DNA of 64,000 nt from the NCBI GenBank assembly GCA_013239625.1, contig MU056262.1, positions 3,198,992 through 3,262,991 on the forward strand. The letters run 5' to 3'. Source of the stretch: Lama guanicoe. Its lineage: Eukaryota. The notes under the pieces are model-generated. The model saw only the letters and a list, made by a program, of their open reading frames with translations, ran no database searches and was not told the origin of the DNA. The position numbers were made by a program, and so were the translations under genes. Below, in pieces: positions 49,031 to 61,641 of this stretch. Positions within the stretch are counted from its first letter, which is position 1. Each line of letters begins with the position of its first letter.

Positions 49031-50489
49031 TTCCCAACGCATTTGATGATGTTTGGGTATTATTATTGCTTTTATGATTCTTTTGGTTCTTTTGTTCATC
49101 TTGAACCATTTTCCTCTATCTTTTAGTTCCCCCCCGACAAAAAAGCTAACAATTGTGGAGGCCAATGCAAATGGAGGTGCCTATACCACACATCTAAATA
49201 CATAAAAGTTATAAAGCTGGCTACCAGACAATGACATGCATATGTATTCTGTATCTTATGAAAGACAGACCTTTATAGTGACCTGAGAAATAGGAATTTA
49301 GAAATTTTGGACCCTTTGGAGTTGTGTGCTGGTACACGATGGTGTGGGGGAAGCCAGTCCCCCAGCTGCAGACCATGATCTGTTCCCTCACCCATTGCAA
49401 CTCTGTCTTCATTCTGCACCACAAGGAGCTCACATCAATGTAAGTGAAACTCCAGCCTGTATTTCCAATCACTGTTCTGAACTTCCATAAACAGCTGTGC
49501 TATACTGTCCCTGGGGGTAAAGGATGCATACACTGGTGATGGAAGCCATCAGAAGAGAAGACTTAGGGAAAAGGCATAAAGAGATCTTAGAGCCAGCTTG
49601 GGACCTTTAGGGAAAGAAATGGGGGCAGGGTGGGGTTTACAGACCTGGAACAAGGTCTAGAAGAGGCAGCCTTCAGGTGGACCTGTCCCCTGACCCTGGA
49701 GTCACATTCTGTTGAGAGAGGTACGTCTGGGAAGGCATTGGCACGGTGGCCCTCTAAAGCTCAGGTAGAATGACCTAATGTGCTGGCCAGCCCAGGACCA
49801 GGGGCTCCTCGATATGGGAAATTCAGAACTAAAACCAGTAAAGTCCCAAGGCAGGGCGCCTCTTACTCAAATTGAAGGCAATACTATGCTTACACATCCC
49901 TATTTCTTCTGCTCAGGAGATGTGCACATGTCATCCCTTCCCTGGAAGGTTGGAGCCTCCTTCCACCCTTTCTGTGTGTCTAGTGAACTCTTCTCACCCT
50001 TCAGATCTCAGCTCAGGAGTCTCCTCCTCAGGGAAGACTGGCCAGATCTCTTTAATATGGTGATTTAACCTAGTCTGATGTTCCCAAAGCAACATGCGCC
50101 CCCCCATTAGCGCTCTCATCGTGGCGGCAAACGTACAGGCGTGTCTCTCAGCAGACGCTCGTCTGCCTCGCCTTAGCATCCTGAGTGTTTAGCCACACAG
50201 GCTACTTTGTGGAGCACAGGGGCTCAATCTCAAGTGCTTAGCAGCAGGCAGAGCCTTAGGATGTAAAACAGGCTGTCCTGGAAAGGGTGGTCATTTCCTC
50301 TGTGGGCTCTGGCCAGATTGCTTATTAAATGCTTGGATAAAGAAAAAGTCTCCCAGGAACGCTCTCCCTTCACTGTGTGACTGAACAGAGTTTAAACAAA
50401 CTCTTGAGGATACAGTGCTTTCTCTCTTTCAGATTTTATGATAAACTCCCTTTTAGCGTGTGGGGTGTCAACTCCAATTAATTGATTAA

Positions 50490-50840
50490 TTAATTAACAA
50501 ACATTGATGGAACATGTGGAGTGCCTGCCCCCGCTAACAAACACGATCATTTAAGTCACCAATTAGAGCTGCAAGGAAAGTAAGACAGGGCGATGGTACA
50601 AACCCTCCTCTATTTTGAACAGTGCATTCAGGGAAGGCATCCCCAAGGCAGTTACGTTGGATCTGACACCTGTGTTCAGATGGAATGAGTCTTTCAGGCA
50701 TCAGGGGGAAGGGTTCCTAGTGCAGAAGGCACAGCAGTGGGAAAGGCTGTGAGCTGGGAAGGACTCTGCAGATGTGCCTCCCAGAAGGAGAAGCACTGCA
50801 GCTGGAATCCAGGCACAGAGGGAGGAGCAGGGGGAGCGGC
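50490..50840 (-). mobile_element. L2 fragment
   Basis: TCAGGGAAGGCATCCCCAAGGCAGT...GTTCCTAGTGCAGAAGGCACAGCAGTGGGAAAGGC...GCAGCTGGA. Confidence 0.55.
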
Positions 50841-51839
50841 TGGCGGGAGCCGCATGGAGACCAGAACTACCAGACCCCTGATGCTGTGGTGAGGAGCCGG
50901 TGAGGAGTAGCTGACTGCCACCAGCCTACCACGTCTGCAGACTAGTGTGTGAGATCCTAGTGGGACAGCTGGGGCTTGACATTGACATGAGGACAGGGCA
51001 GGGCGCCCAACCCCAGTGTCCAAGTGAGGGGGGCAGGTGAGGGAGGGGACTCCAAAGTAAGGAAGGGCATAAAATGAGGAGAGGGAAGGAACCAGGAAGC
51101 AGTAACTGCTCAAGAAATGTTAGCTGTTGTTATTAAAAAGCCAAGCAATCTGCTGAACTTTTGAAATAACAAATGTGCTACAACTAGTTTCCATATTTGC
51201 ACAGTGGGGATAATACTATTTTCTCTCTAATAGAGTAATTAGATTTCACATATTACATAGTTTCCCCAAGTTTATACAATTACAAATGCCAGAGGCAGGA
51301 TATGAAGGCAAGCAGACTGACTCTGGAGTCCAGGCTCATAACCAGTTACACCACACAAGCCCCTTATGACGGAAGGAGGTGGGGCGTGGCGCAGTGCTGG
51401 GGAAGGCGATGGGGGCCCGCAGCGCACCGCGTGCTAAACTGTAACAGTAACTAACTCTGTGATGAGAAATATCGCTTCAAAACTATAAAATAACCACTTA
51501 AAATAAATTACTAGACGAAAAGTTATATAAAATCCCAGCACTTGTGGATATAGACGAGTCCTGTGAGCACTGCTGATTTTCATCATCTTTCTCTGACATA
51601 TTGACATATTTAAAATAAAATATCTACATTGTGCTGTACTCCTCTACTTACCTATATGCTCCCATGGCATTAAATATACTTTAAAATGATTACTTTACTG
51701 TCTGATAATACCTTCCTGTAGATACCCTAATTTATTTTGCGCATCTCCTTTTGTAATCATTTAGTTTATTTCAAGTTTATTATTACTATAACCGACACTG
51801 CAGTGAATAGTCATATATGTTTATTTCATAATACATACA

Positions 51840-52035
51840 AATATTGAATCAATATGTTGTACACCTGAAATTTATATAATGCTCTATGTCAATTATATTT
51901 ATAAAAAAGAAAAACGGGGAGTCTTCATAAAATAGGTAGCAGTTATGGTTGAACAACGTTGTGAATGTAGGAAAATGGTTAAAATGGTGAATCTTACATT
52001 GTGTACATTTTCCCACAGTAAAAAGTATATATAAA
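51840..52035 (+). mobile_element. Two adjacent L1 3'-terminal fragments
   Basis: TATGTTGTACACCTGAAAT...TATGTCAATTATAT + A-run; then AACAACGTTGTGAATGTA...AAAATGGTTAAAATGGTGAAT (L1MB-like end). Confidence 0.7.
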
Positions 52036-53127
52036 AATGTTTAAACTTCAGCAAAATGAAACAAAATTTAATTATTAGAAATAATCAAAGATTCATTTGT
52101 TTTCTCTATATAGTTTGACAGCATAGAAATCTACGTATGTATTTACATATGTTATAAACATCGTGTAATTTACCTTCATATTTTTTTCTTTTTATTCTCT
52201 CTCCTACCCTATTTATCTCCCATACCTGGCTCAGTGCCTGGCTTGCAATAGGGCTCAGGAATTATTTGTTTGAATGCGATTCCTGATCAAAGGAGATGAG
52301 CAAGTTTAAGAGAAAACATTTTTTAAAGAGGTTACAATAGTGCAAACATTAGGACTTCTGTAAGGTACGAACTAATCCAACTTTAGCCTTCATGCTTCAG
52401 GGCGGAGGGAGGCCATGTGTGCACACATTGTAAAGCAGAAGACATCCCTAATTGCCCTGTGTTTAGACAGTCCTGGGGTGCACTCATTTCCTGATATTCA
52501 ACAGAACACCAATCTTCGCTTAACACAGTTAATGATATAATTTTTATTTTTAAAAGGGAGTGCTGATGTTCCCNNNNNNNNNNNNNNNNNNNNNNNNNNN
52601 NNNNNNNNNNNNNNNNNNNNNNNNNNNNNNNNNNNNNNNNNNNNNNNNNNNNNNNNNNNNNNNNNNNNNNNNNNNNNNNNNNNNNNNNNNNNNNNNNNNN
52701 NNNNNNNNNNNNNNNNNNNNNNNNNNNNNNNNNNNNNNNNNNNNNGCGTATGCTTTTGAAATCATCTAACTCTTGCTTCTCATGTAGACAGGATTAAGAC
52801 TACCTAAAACTCAGCCCGGGGTTTCCCTTAGAAGCATTCTTTCTCCTGGAACTCACAGCAAATTTGGGCATTAAGGTAGTATGTGAAAGGGCTCATTGGG
52901 AGCTTGTTAATGAGGTTAAAGCTGTCAAAAAAAGTGGTGTCAAAAATCTACCCGAAAGAAGGCAAAATAATTGGTTGCAGGGTGTGGTTGGGGAGGGAGA
53001 AGAGTTTCACTTAAAATAGAAAGTTGTTAGAGATGATAGGACTTTTGGAAATAGATATATACTATGAACAAAACAGGAAACTGAGGTTTCAAAAGGTAAC
53101 ACCACCACCCAAGGTCTGACAACCAAC

Positions 53128-53616
53128 TGTTAAAATAAAATAACATGGGGACCAGACTAGAAAACTCCCTGGAACAGACAAAACCATTTAAGCCTCATAA
53201 GCAAAACTAAATCTTATTTCATGAATGTAAATGAAACTTGAGCTATTTCTAGTAAATGCTTCTGATAATCATAAATGAAACATAAGTCATCTTAGTTGGT
53301 GTAAGATAATTAATTTTAACCAATCCTCTGCCATCTGGGAACCCCTTGTTTAAAAACCAATCACTGTAAAGGTTAAACAAATATCTCATTTTTATTTCTT
53401 TTTTTTAATGTATTTATTTATTTATTTATTTGGATCATTTTTCTTTAGATTTATTTTGGGGGAATTCTCATTCTTATTTCTTCAGCCATCCAGTAACATC
53501 ATTCCTCTGAGCTTCATACCAGTTTAGGTTTGAAGTTTATGAACAGTTTGTTTCTCACTCAATAAAATACTCATATCAAGTAAAGTTCTCTGAATTTTCT
53601 TTTGCTATAATTGACA
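53128..53616 (+). mobile_element. ERV1-like solo LTR (subfamily unassigned) carrying a nested insertion
   Basis: TGTTAAAAT...TTGACA termini; two AACCAATC (CCAAT) boxes; AATAAA at ~53561; no TSD seen. Confidence 0.55.
53401..53465 (-). mobile_element. Tail-only retro-insertion (probable camelid SINE 3' tail) with 17-bp TSD
   Basis: Minus strand reads CCCCCAAAATAAAATCTAAAG...(AAAT)n...A6; TSD TCTCATTTTTATTTCTT (53384-53400) / TCTCATTCTTATTTCTT (53466-53482). Confidence 0.7.
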
Positions 53617-54160
53617 GATATAAAGTGCCTACTGTGTGTTCGGTACTCTGCCATTAGTCAGATACACAAAGGGAATAAGCCTTAATATCTCCCCTTAAGG
53701 AGTTTACAGCCAAGCTAGGATCTATTTGTCAATCTGAAATTCTTTTTCTTTAGTTTTTTTGGCTGACCTAAAACATGCAAATTCCTTTGCCAAACCAGTT
53801 AATCTTCCAAATGTTTCCATACTCTACTTTGTCACATTTCAGATGGTTTCTTTCACTGTTTTCCTATTTGGCAATACAATTTTAGACTGTTTCATTATAG
53901 TCAGCTTGGAAAGACATTTTTGCTCATAGGACTGGTTGAGAGTATTTAGCCTTTATGTCATCCTTTTTGAAAGTAGAATTTCCCTTTTAGAATGGAACAC
54001 TTTTTCCCCAACCTATATTGTTTCCAAAGCAAGGGCTTTATTCATTTAATTCTCTGTGAAGCTGGGAGTAATTTCAGCATCTCCCAAATTACCACTCACT
54101 GTTCCCATGGGGGAGATTATATCATTCATCTGATTGGTGACTTCAAGAAAGAGAACCACA

Positions 54161-54292
54161 GGGGAGGGTATAGCTCAGTGGAAGAGTGTGTGCTTAGCAT
54201 GCACAAAGTCCTGAGTTCAATCCCCAGTACTTCCTTTATAAATAAATAAATAAAAACCTAATCACCACCCCCCAAAAGAAAGAAAAAAAAAA
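54161..54292 (+). mobile_element. tRNA-Ala-derived camelid SINE (vic-1 type)
   Basis: GGGGAGGGTATAGCTCAGTGG (A box), TTAGCAT anticodon loop (AGC), GTTCAATCC (B box), (AAAT)n-CCTAAT-C-run-A-rich tail. Confidence 0.9.
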
Positions 54293-54484
54293 GAGAGAGA
54301 GAGAGAGTCAGGCACACCTAACACAACCCTTTTTCTCCTGCTCTGCCCGTATTCAGGGTAAGCTGGACATAAAGTCAAAGCCACCTTCAATGGGCTGGCT
54401 TTAAGTTTTAATTGAGGAGTGAAGCAGTAGCATGTCCTTTGGTCTCAGATTTAAAATAAACCATATCTTCTAATTGCTCTTTTA

Positions 54485-54639
54485 TTTTCATTTTTTTATT
54501 TTGTTTTTGCTTTTGGGGGCGTGGTGAGTAGGTTTATTTATTTATTCATTATTTTTTTTTTTAATGGAGGTACTGGGAATTGAACCCGGGACCTCACGCA
54601 TGCTAAGCACACACACTACCACTGAGCTCTACCCTCCCC
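54485..54639 (-). mobile_element. tRNA-Ala-derived camelid SINE (vic-1 type), with TSD
   Basis: GGAGGTACTGGGAATTGAACCCGGGACCTCACGCATGCTAAGCAC...CCACTGAGCTCTACCCTCCCC is the reverse complement of the same family; flanks CTAATTGCTCTTTT / CCAATTGCTTTTTT. Confidence 0.9.
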
Positions 54640-55318
54640 GCCAATTGCTTTTTTTGGAAGCAACGTTTAGGTTTTGACTTCCACCTGTCTGTCGGTCTCT
54701 CAGCTGGTTCCAGACTTGAGGAGGAGAGAAAGAGGATTTTACTGGGCAGAGGAGAGGCATCTTGAAGCACAAAACAGTCTTTGGGCTGAAGAGCCACTGT
54801 GTGGTAGCTATAGTTCACTACTGAATAGACTCTTTTTCAAGGCCGAGAGAACCATCTCCACTAAATGGCCCCAGGAGACAGTACTTTCCTGGGGAGCAAG
54901 GTAAGAGAGAGGGAAAACAAATTTGCTCTTGCTTTTCTAGCTTCTTTCAAAAGACAAGGGATTAGCAGGGAAAAGGGAAGGAAGTGGGCAATACGCAAAA
55001 TAAATTAAATCAGGGCCGCAAGCGTTAACCCTGTAAGCTACGAGAGACCTGTTCTGAGGAGGTTCAGACAACTAGGTGTGTCAGGGTGGCCTTTTGCTTC
55101 CACTTTTTTCTCCCTATTTTTTCTGGGTCTTTTGTCATTTGGAGGGTGTGTGTATGAGGGGAGGGGTGATCTTTGATGGATTAAAATGCTATCAATGTCT
55201 TTTTTTCCCCCCTCCAAATATATCTATGTTCCCTTTTAGGTCAGGAGAAGCTCAAGTCTTTAAACTATCACTTTTCCAGGATGGAATTGGGAACTTTACG
55301 TGAGCGTGTGTATGGGAA

Positions 55319-55343
55319 TGTGTGTGTGTGTGCGCGCGCGTGC
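55319..55343. repeat. (TG)n(CG)n alternating purine-pyrimidine run, Z-DNA prone
   Basis: TGTGTGTGTGTGTGCGCGCGCGTGC. Confidence 0.8.
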
Positions 55344-55493
55344 AAGTAAAAGCACACAGAGGCTTGGGTATGTGAGGACAGGGGCAGGAGGTAAGAAAAG
55401 AGGCAAAAAGAACTGAGAAAATTGTTTTGCCAGCCTTCTTTCTTTTCTACTCAAGGAAAGAGTCTGCAGTCTGAAACGCATTCTATATGAAAT

Positions 55494-55921
55494 TGAAGTA
55501 GGCTGAATAATAATAGCTTCCCAAAGATGTCCACGTCTTAATCCCCAAAATCTCTCAACATAGATTTTGCAGATGCGAATAAATTAAGGCTCTTGAGATG
55601 AGGAGATGATCCTGGATTATCTGGGCGGGCCCAGTGAAATCCTAGGTCCTTGTAAGAGGCAGGAGGGTCAGAATCAGAGCCAGCGATAGGACGGTGGAAG
55701 GAGAGGTTGCAGTGATGTGAGGATGTGAGTCAGGGATTGCGGGCAGCCTCCAGAAGCAGGAACAGACAGGGAAACTGCTTCTTTCCTAAGAATCCCTAAG
55801 AATGAGCCCTGCCAACCCATGTAGACATCTGAACTTCAGAACTGTAAGAGAATACATCTGTGTTGCTTTTAGCCACTTGATCTGTGGTGAATTGTTACAG
55901 CAGTGATTGGAAACAAATACA
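55494..55921 (+). mobile_element. Solo MaLR LTR, MLT1C/D-like
   Basis: TAGGCTGAATAAT...CCCAAAGATGTCCACGTCTTAATCCCC...GATCCTGGATTATCTGGGCGGGCCC...CAGAACTGTAAGAGAATA...TTGTTACAGCAG...AAATACA. Confidence 0.9.
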
Positions 55922-57249
55922 GGGATGATGAATGGCTAAGTGGCAAATGGATAGATGCTATTCTGGAAATTATCCCAATTTCCACATATTCGTGAGGAAG
56001 TAGCAATATGCCATCTCCTTGTACGTGCAGGACCTTCCTAAAAGCGAGGGTGTTGAAAAATATATGAGCTTTTTTTGCCATGATTTTTCTTTGTACTGAG
56101 AGATTTTTAGCTGTATTCCAAGACTTTGAAGTTTCTGGAAGGCTAACTGCCAGGGAGACAGCCAACACATGCTTCCTTAGGCAGAAGCTATGAGAAACTG
56201 GGAACCCCTTTAGTCTCCCCCCATAACCATGTAGTGAGCTATTACTATGAACAAGCTCTTACACACAAAGGATCAGACTTACACCCTAGGTCTGGGTTTA
56301 GGTAGAATGGAAGGTGGGTTTAATGTGAGCCGTTCGGAGAGCCTGGCAGGTTGCGAGTGTTGGCATTCATTACCAGACTAAAAGCCCATTAAATACTGTA
56401 GAGCCTTTCTTCTCTAAGCCGTTCAGTTCACTTCTTACATAAGGAAATAAGTTTAATAGCTTGTTCAGGAAATAATTGGATTCTTAAAACCCTGAAATTA
56501 ATTATAATATAAAATTATTGCATTTTTCCTTAAACAAAATAGAGCAGTAAAATTTTGAGTGTCTTAACTAAACTCATCTNNNNNNNNNNNNNNNNNNNNN
56601 NNNNNNNNNNNNNNNNNNNNNNNNNNNNNNNNNNNNNNNNNNNNNNNNNNNNNNNNNNNNNNNNNNNNNNNNNNNNNNNNNNNNNNNNNNNNNNNNNNNN
56701 NNNNNNNNNNNNNNNNNNNNNNNNNNNNNNNNNNNNNNNNNNNNNNNNNNNNNNNNNNNGGAATTGCTACACTGATATTACAAAGTGAATGGATTCCTGT
56801 AATTAAAAAGCATTGAATTCCTTATGACCATTTATCTTTCTCCCTCTTTTAACCATTTTGGTGAATTTCTAAAATAGAATTTAATTAAATCCTGAAACAA
56901 AGGCATAATTCAAAATTAAAATTCTACAGGAGAACTCACTGGCAAATCATCAGAGCATGTCCCCTTCCCGCCGCGAAATGCTTGAGGAACCATTACAACA
57001 TGACGTACTGTGTATGTAACATGTTGAGGATGTGTGTAACAGAAGGTGAAGGTGTCATTCATAACCCACATCATCTCCCACCCCGTACGGGGACCCTTTT
57101 CTAAGTGTCTTAGACCAATATGTATTAGGAGATTGGCATTTTCTGGGTGTTTAGACCCCAGTTCAAACTATGTTTTCCAGTATTAGATTTAGTATTGTTC
57201 CAATTGTACATGAAAGAAACCACACATTTGGAAGATCATAATTTTGAGG

Positions 57250-57470
57250 AAAGTCTTTGAAGTCAGGTAGACGTCAGCTTGCCCTTTACCACAGGTGTTG
57301 AGCTTTGTCTAAACATTAATTTTACTGCGGCTCTGCTTCTTTATCTATAAAAAAAGAAAGGAAGGAAGGAAGATCTCTTGTGTGGAACCGTTACAAAGAT
57401 TACATGTAATGTCACCTGTCACCTGTCCACAGAAGGCCCTGGAACCTAGGAGATGATCAGTAAAGATTAA
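57250..57470 (+). mobile_element. MIR SINE (degenerate)
   Basis: CTTTGAAGTCAGGTAGAC...CTTCTTTATCTATAAAA...GTTACAAAGATTACATGTAAT. Confidence 0.5.
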
Positions 57471-60400
57471 TTGTCCTCCCCTTTTGCCTTACACAATTGT
57501 GGAATTACAGCAAAAGAGGGAACATTTGACCTTAGTCATTTGGCAAGTGGGAGAGACTTTTTTTCTATCTTTGCTTCAAAATTGTACACCACAATTTCTG
57601 TTACTAGATTAAGTGGATTTTTTTATGTAAAATAAGCCTATGATAAAGTGGTTTTAATAGCAGATTTGTAAACTATATTTAAAAAAATGTATATACATAT
57701 GCGTGTGGATAATACTGCTATTATCTGATTATTCTAGAAATAAGATCTAGCTTATGCTGTTTTCCTATTTTCTCTTTGGCTTCATGAATATATTAATTTG
57801 AATGACTTTCATCAGTGATTTCATCCACAGACCTGCATCTTTAAAGGGGCAATGACTCGGCTTCCTGTTTTGTTTCTCTCCAATAATTTGGACCACAACA
57901 GCTAACTGCATTGTCTAATTGTATCCTCAATTGGCTGATTGCACCCACAATTAACTAAATATAAGTACCAAGCGTCTTGGTACATTCAGTTTTATGCTTC
58001 AAAGGGAGCCTGTGTGAGAGGGTAGTTGGCAGCTGGCTAGCATCGGGAAAACAACTTCTCAGACTTGGAATTGTAAGTCTAATTTTAAAGCTTCCAAATA
58101 TCTTCTAGACAGCACAGTCCATAAAGCTGGTGACTATCTTAGTACACTTTCAAGGGCATAAAACCCAGATGAGTTGCAGACAGGCCACAGTTTAAGAAAA
58201 ATATCAGTAGAGGCATGAGGTTCCACCTCACTGGATCTCTCCTTATAATGTGCTTGAGCAGCTCATGGATGGTTGTCCTGATCAGTCTGTGTGCAGTCAC
58301 GGTAGGCAAGAATAGAAGACCTGGGGCCCTCGTTTATTTTAATCCCACAGCAGATTTGATTGCCCTTCTTCCAACAATTTGAAAGGCCTCTGAGAAGTTA
58401 GTTACAACAATGCCTTTTAAATGCAGGTGCTCTCTCAAAGCAAGTGCCTTAAGAGTTAACCGGAAGCCAACATAAATCCCACCCTGGAAATTGGGCAGGA
58501 CACACCATCAGGACGAAAGCCTGTCCAGCCTGGGCTTGACCTTCCAAGTTAGCGCAAGACCTTGGCAGATGTGCCAAAGATATTACTGACTGACCCACCA
58601 CTTAAAGTAGAAATTAAAACTCAGAGCTTTGCAAAGTGTTTTCAGCAACCATTAGAATGTTGTTTTGAAAGCAAATTAAGAAGCTGTGTAAGTCTTTTCT
58701 CTCTAGAGTAGTTAATTAGCAACAAAACCAGACCTAAGTTTCTTATATGAGTACTTGGAAGTAAACAGATTGGATAGCCAGAGAAGAAGAAAGAGAGATA
58801 CATAGGGAAGAAATTTCCAGCCTTTGTTTTCATCTCATAATTTTAGCCTGAGCAGCCCTCAATCCACTGCCACCATGTCCAGCATAGTCCTTGTTTAATG
58901 GTTTCAGCAGCAGTTTTCAGGACCTCATAGGATATGGGATTCCTAACTCAGAGATGAGTTCATTCCAGGCTAAGGACAAGATTTCCAATGAATATTAGCA
59001 TTTCTACAAAATAAGCAATCATTGCACAATTTTGTAAATTTGGTCTAGGCAAACAGACCCTAGAATTTATCCAGCTATGCAAACCATGCCCTCAGTTGAT
59101 TATCTCAGCTATTTATTCCCTTAATGCATTGAACACTCACCATCACCTTGTAAGAGACTGGCCTTTATGTATGTTTCTCAACTCTCTTGATAGATGAGAT
59201 GAGATTAAATAAATAGATTTAATAAATATATATTTGGAAATATATGTATCTTCTTACCAGCTGAGAAGTAACAGTCTTTGTATGATAAAATAAAAACTTT
59301 GATAACTGTGTTCAGGGTTGGTCGGGAGGGTAAGATTATTATAAAAATCTGGAGACTGAACAAATGTAAAAGAGATGTAGAGATACATGTGGTGTTCTCA
59401 AGTGTGGATGTTGTTAGTAAAGGGGACAAAGGGAAAGAGAAAATGAAAGGGACCAGGGAAGTATGTAAGTGCAACCCATGATTTGGATTTTGGTAAGGCT
59501 GTTTTAAGACAGGTATGTCTAAGATGAGATTTTAATTCATTTTAGGTATACAAAGCACACTGGTACCTCAGTAAGGTCTACTTTCTTCATGGAAAAATAT
59601 GTAAGTTAACTGTGTGTGTGTTGAATCCAGTGTCCTAGGTTAGGGTCTATATAACATGTTTATAGAGGTGTAAACTCAGAAACAAAAGGGTCTATGGAAA
59701 ATTAAATTCCAAGGAACTTCCCTCAATGTAGAGAAGGCCTTAGACTTGCCCACGTCATGGACACAGGTGTTCCAGATAACCTTACATAAAAAGCAAGGAG
59801 CCAGGGAGATCCCAGCTGAGATCTGAACTACACTCTGTTGAGGAAGAATCCAGGTTCTGCTAAACACACAGATACGCTTCTGAAAATAAGTTATTCCCGT
59901 GAGGTGCCTCCATCCTGGTAAGAGAGACTGTCATGGCCAAACACTGACATTGCAGTGTGATCTGTGCAATATCCAGAACGTGCACAGTTTTCCACCACAA
60001 TTAAGGGAAAGCTCAAGCCGGGGACTAGTTCCTAGGATGCCCAAAGGCTCCCTGGTAAAGGCGAATTCTACAGCAGGAGCTCAGAGAACATAGCCTGCTC
60101 TCTTCTACGAGCCATAACTTCTGGGAGACATTACACCAGAATTAGATGCATTAGGGTTTCTGGAGACCGTGAAAAATCAGCCTTCTCCTAGCCTATCCAG
60201 GATCCTGTTGAACAGTTGTCCTTTGATGCCCATCTCTTTCCCTGCTGGACCTTTACTTCAGAACTCTTCTAGATAGGCACTGAGAAATCTGAAGTAAAGG
60301 CTTGTTAATTTTCAAGAACGTGGAGTTTTAGAGTTTAGAAAGTTCAGAAGAGGTTTGCATGGCAATTTACAATTCTGAGTGCTTTATCAGAAACTACGTG

Positions 60401-61613
60401 AGGATCTCAAATCCATCACTAAAGGAACAGCCTAAATGTCCCTCCTTTACTTTTATCTTAGAAGATAAAGATTTTCTTAGATTTTCATTTTTCCATCTAT
60501 GGGAGAAATATTCTACCTTTAGCAGTAAGCAGGCAGCTGTCATTTATTTTTTGGCATCATTTAAAGCCCTCTAAATTCTCATTTTTAATTTTAATAATTT
60601 NNNNNNNNNNNNNNNNNNNNNNNNNNNNNNNNNNNNNNNNNNNNNNNNNNNNNNNNNNNNNNNNNNNNNNNNNNNNNNNNNNNNNNNNNNNNNNNNNNNN
60701 NNNNNNNNNNNNNNNNNNNNNNNNNNNNNNNNNNNNNNNNNNNNNNNNNNNNNNNNNNNNNNNNAACATCTTGATTGCTCTGTAAAATATGAATATTTAT
60801 AAATTTTTTCTTCCATGGCAGCTATCTCTTAGGCACTTTATTTTTTATTTTATTTTAATTTTTTTTGGTATTGGCAGTTTCTTATTTATGGAGGAGTTTC
60901 TTATAGAACAGTAAGAAGGACTGTTAACATAATAACATAAGGAGGGGCTGGTTAGTTTGCTGAGGTTTGAAACACTGCAGGGTTAGACCACTTCGACTTT
61001 AGAGATGGGAGAGGTGACATTCCTAGCAAACTGTGTTTGGATTCTGGAGTCCAACTTACTTGAAAACATGAGTTTTAAATCATCTCATATACCTGCATTG
61101 CACCATTATGATGAGAACTACATAAGCTGGATGATTTAGTCCCCCTTATTGAATAAAAGAAATGTGTATTTGCATAGGCCTTTAAGATTTAAAGTAGACA
61201 TTGCATCACTCTCCAGGGTTATTTAGAAGATGTGATGTTTCACTAAGTCTTAGAGGCACCTTTTGCAGATTTCCTTACCTTTCTCTTTCTTTCTTTCTTT
61301 TTCTTTCTGTTGAGAATGAACTGAAACATTCATAGTTGCTTAAAAGCAAGAAGGTAAGAACATAACTCTGTAACTATGCATTTAAAATTAAATGATTACT
61401 GTTTATCAATAAAAATACTTAGATTACCTGTATTCACTATCAAACTCTTTTCATATATTTTCTAAATTAGAAAAGTAGTATAAGGAATCATTCATGTTAA
61501 ACATATCAAGTCATAAGAAAAGCTAAATACTAAAAATGAAAAGCACCCTCTCCTCTTTGAAAATCCAGTTTCCCTCACTAGAGGCAACTGCAGTGAAGAG
61601 TTCTTCGTCTTCC

Positions 61614-61641
61614 TTTTTTTTTTTTTTTTTTTTTTTTTTTT
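61614..61641. repeat. Poly-T, 28 nt
   Basis: Uninterrupted T run. Confidence 0.95.

Noticed and set aside
49140-49500. Possible old hAT-Tip100-type transposon; similarly vague candidates at ~4170-4400, ~10020-10260, ~18220-18500 and ~52400-52500
   Set aside because: Too degenerate to assign by eye; needs a Dfam HMM search
52535-52753. Possible exon spanning the N-gap (TTTTTAAAAG|GGAGTG... GC|GTATGC)
   Set aside because: Weak AAG acceptor, weak donor, and ~90% of the putative exon is unknown sequence; cannot be supported
54161-54235. tRNA-Ala(AGC) gene
   Set aside because: Followed by a SINE-type AT-rich tail, stems are degenerate, and a sister copy with a TSD lies nearby, so it is a SINE head
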